Assembly: GCF_009834535.1 (NCBI RefSeq)
Contig: NC_045696.1
Coordinates: 55,368,001-55,432,000 of the forward strand
Direction: 5' to 3'
Length of the DNA: 64,000 bases
Source of the DNA: Camelus ferus
Lineage: Eukaryota
Shown one piece after another: positions 63,881 through 64,000 of this stretch. Each line of letters begins with the position of its first letter. The first letter of the stretch is position 1. The translations under genes were made by a program, and so were the position numbers. Below the pieces are notes generated by a model. It saw nothing but the letters and a program-made list of their open reading frames with translations. It was not told the DNA's origin and did not search any database.

Positions 63881-64000
63881 CAAGTTAGCTCTCTTCTATA
63901 AGGACAATTCTAAACCCCAAATATTATGCCCCAATCACTAATCAGACTTCTGGGGTGGCTCTCCCTGGTATAAATTATTCCTTTCTCAGACGGTGCAACC

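Larger units (their letters stand above)
52349..64000 (-). other. IGSF11: IGSF11 long intron upstream of the Ig-domain exon (continues beyond window)
   Basis: No further IGSF11-like coding exon was found to the window end; the region is filled with repeats. Confidence 0.8.

Noticed and set aside
1..64000. CRISPR array, rRNA, endogenous non-retroviral virus or processed pseudogene
   Set aside because: I saw no repeat-spacer array, no rRNA-like sequence, and no ORF resembling viral or cellular proteins other than IGSF11 and L1. Highly decayed remnants (e.g. in 13500-14400) cannot be excluded without tBLASTx.

Overview
This is mammalian genomic DNA, most likely a camelid (alpaca/llama/camel), judged from two tRNA-derived Vic-type SINEs and several young L1 3' ends. 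The only protein-coding gene I can support is the 3' end of IGSF11 on the minus strand. It comprises three coding exons (52226-52348, 51332-51482, 49914-50355) with canonical GT-AG sites and consistent phases, a ~1.9 kb 3' UTR ending near 48050, and a long upstream intron running off the right edge. Positions 1-48000 are repeat-rich intergenic DNA (old and young L1, MIR, L2, MaLR/ERVL LTRs, hAT DNA transposons, microsatellites). I found no evidence for a new protein-coding system. The most interesting unexplained signals are: (i) an orphan CpG-rich promoter-like region built on an ancient LTR33-like element, with an ETS-CRE motif and a plausible spliced + strand transcript heading towards the IGSF11 3' end; (ii) a strong + strand bias of L1 insertions outside the gene; (iii) unusual retrotransposition footprints (two L1s re-using one target site, a 3'-truncated L1 with TSDs, a short 3' transduction); (iv) a ~110 nt AT-rich hairpin; and (v) two divergent CTCF motifs. 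Repeat family names come from remembered consensus sequences, repeat boundaries are approximate, and both should be confirmed with RepeatMasker/Dfam.
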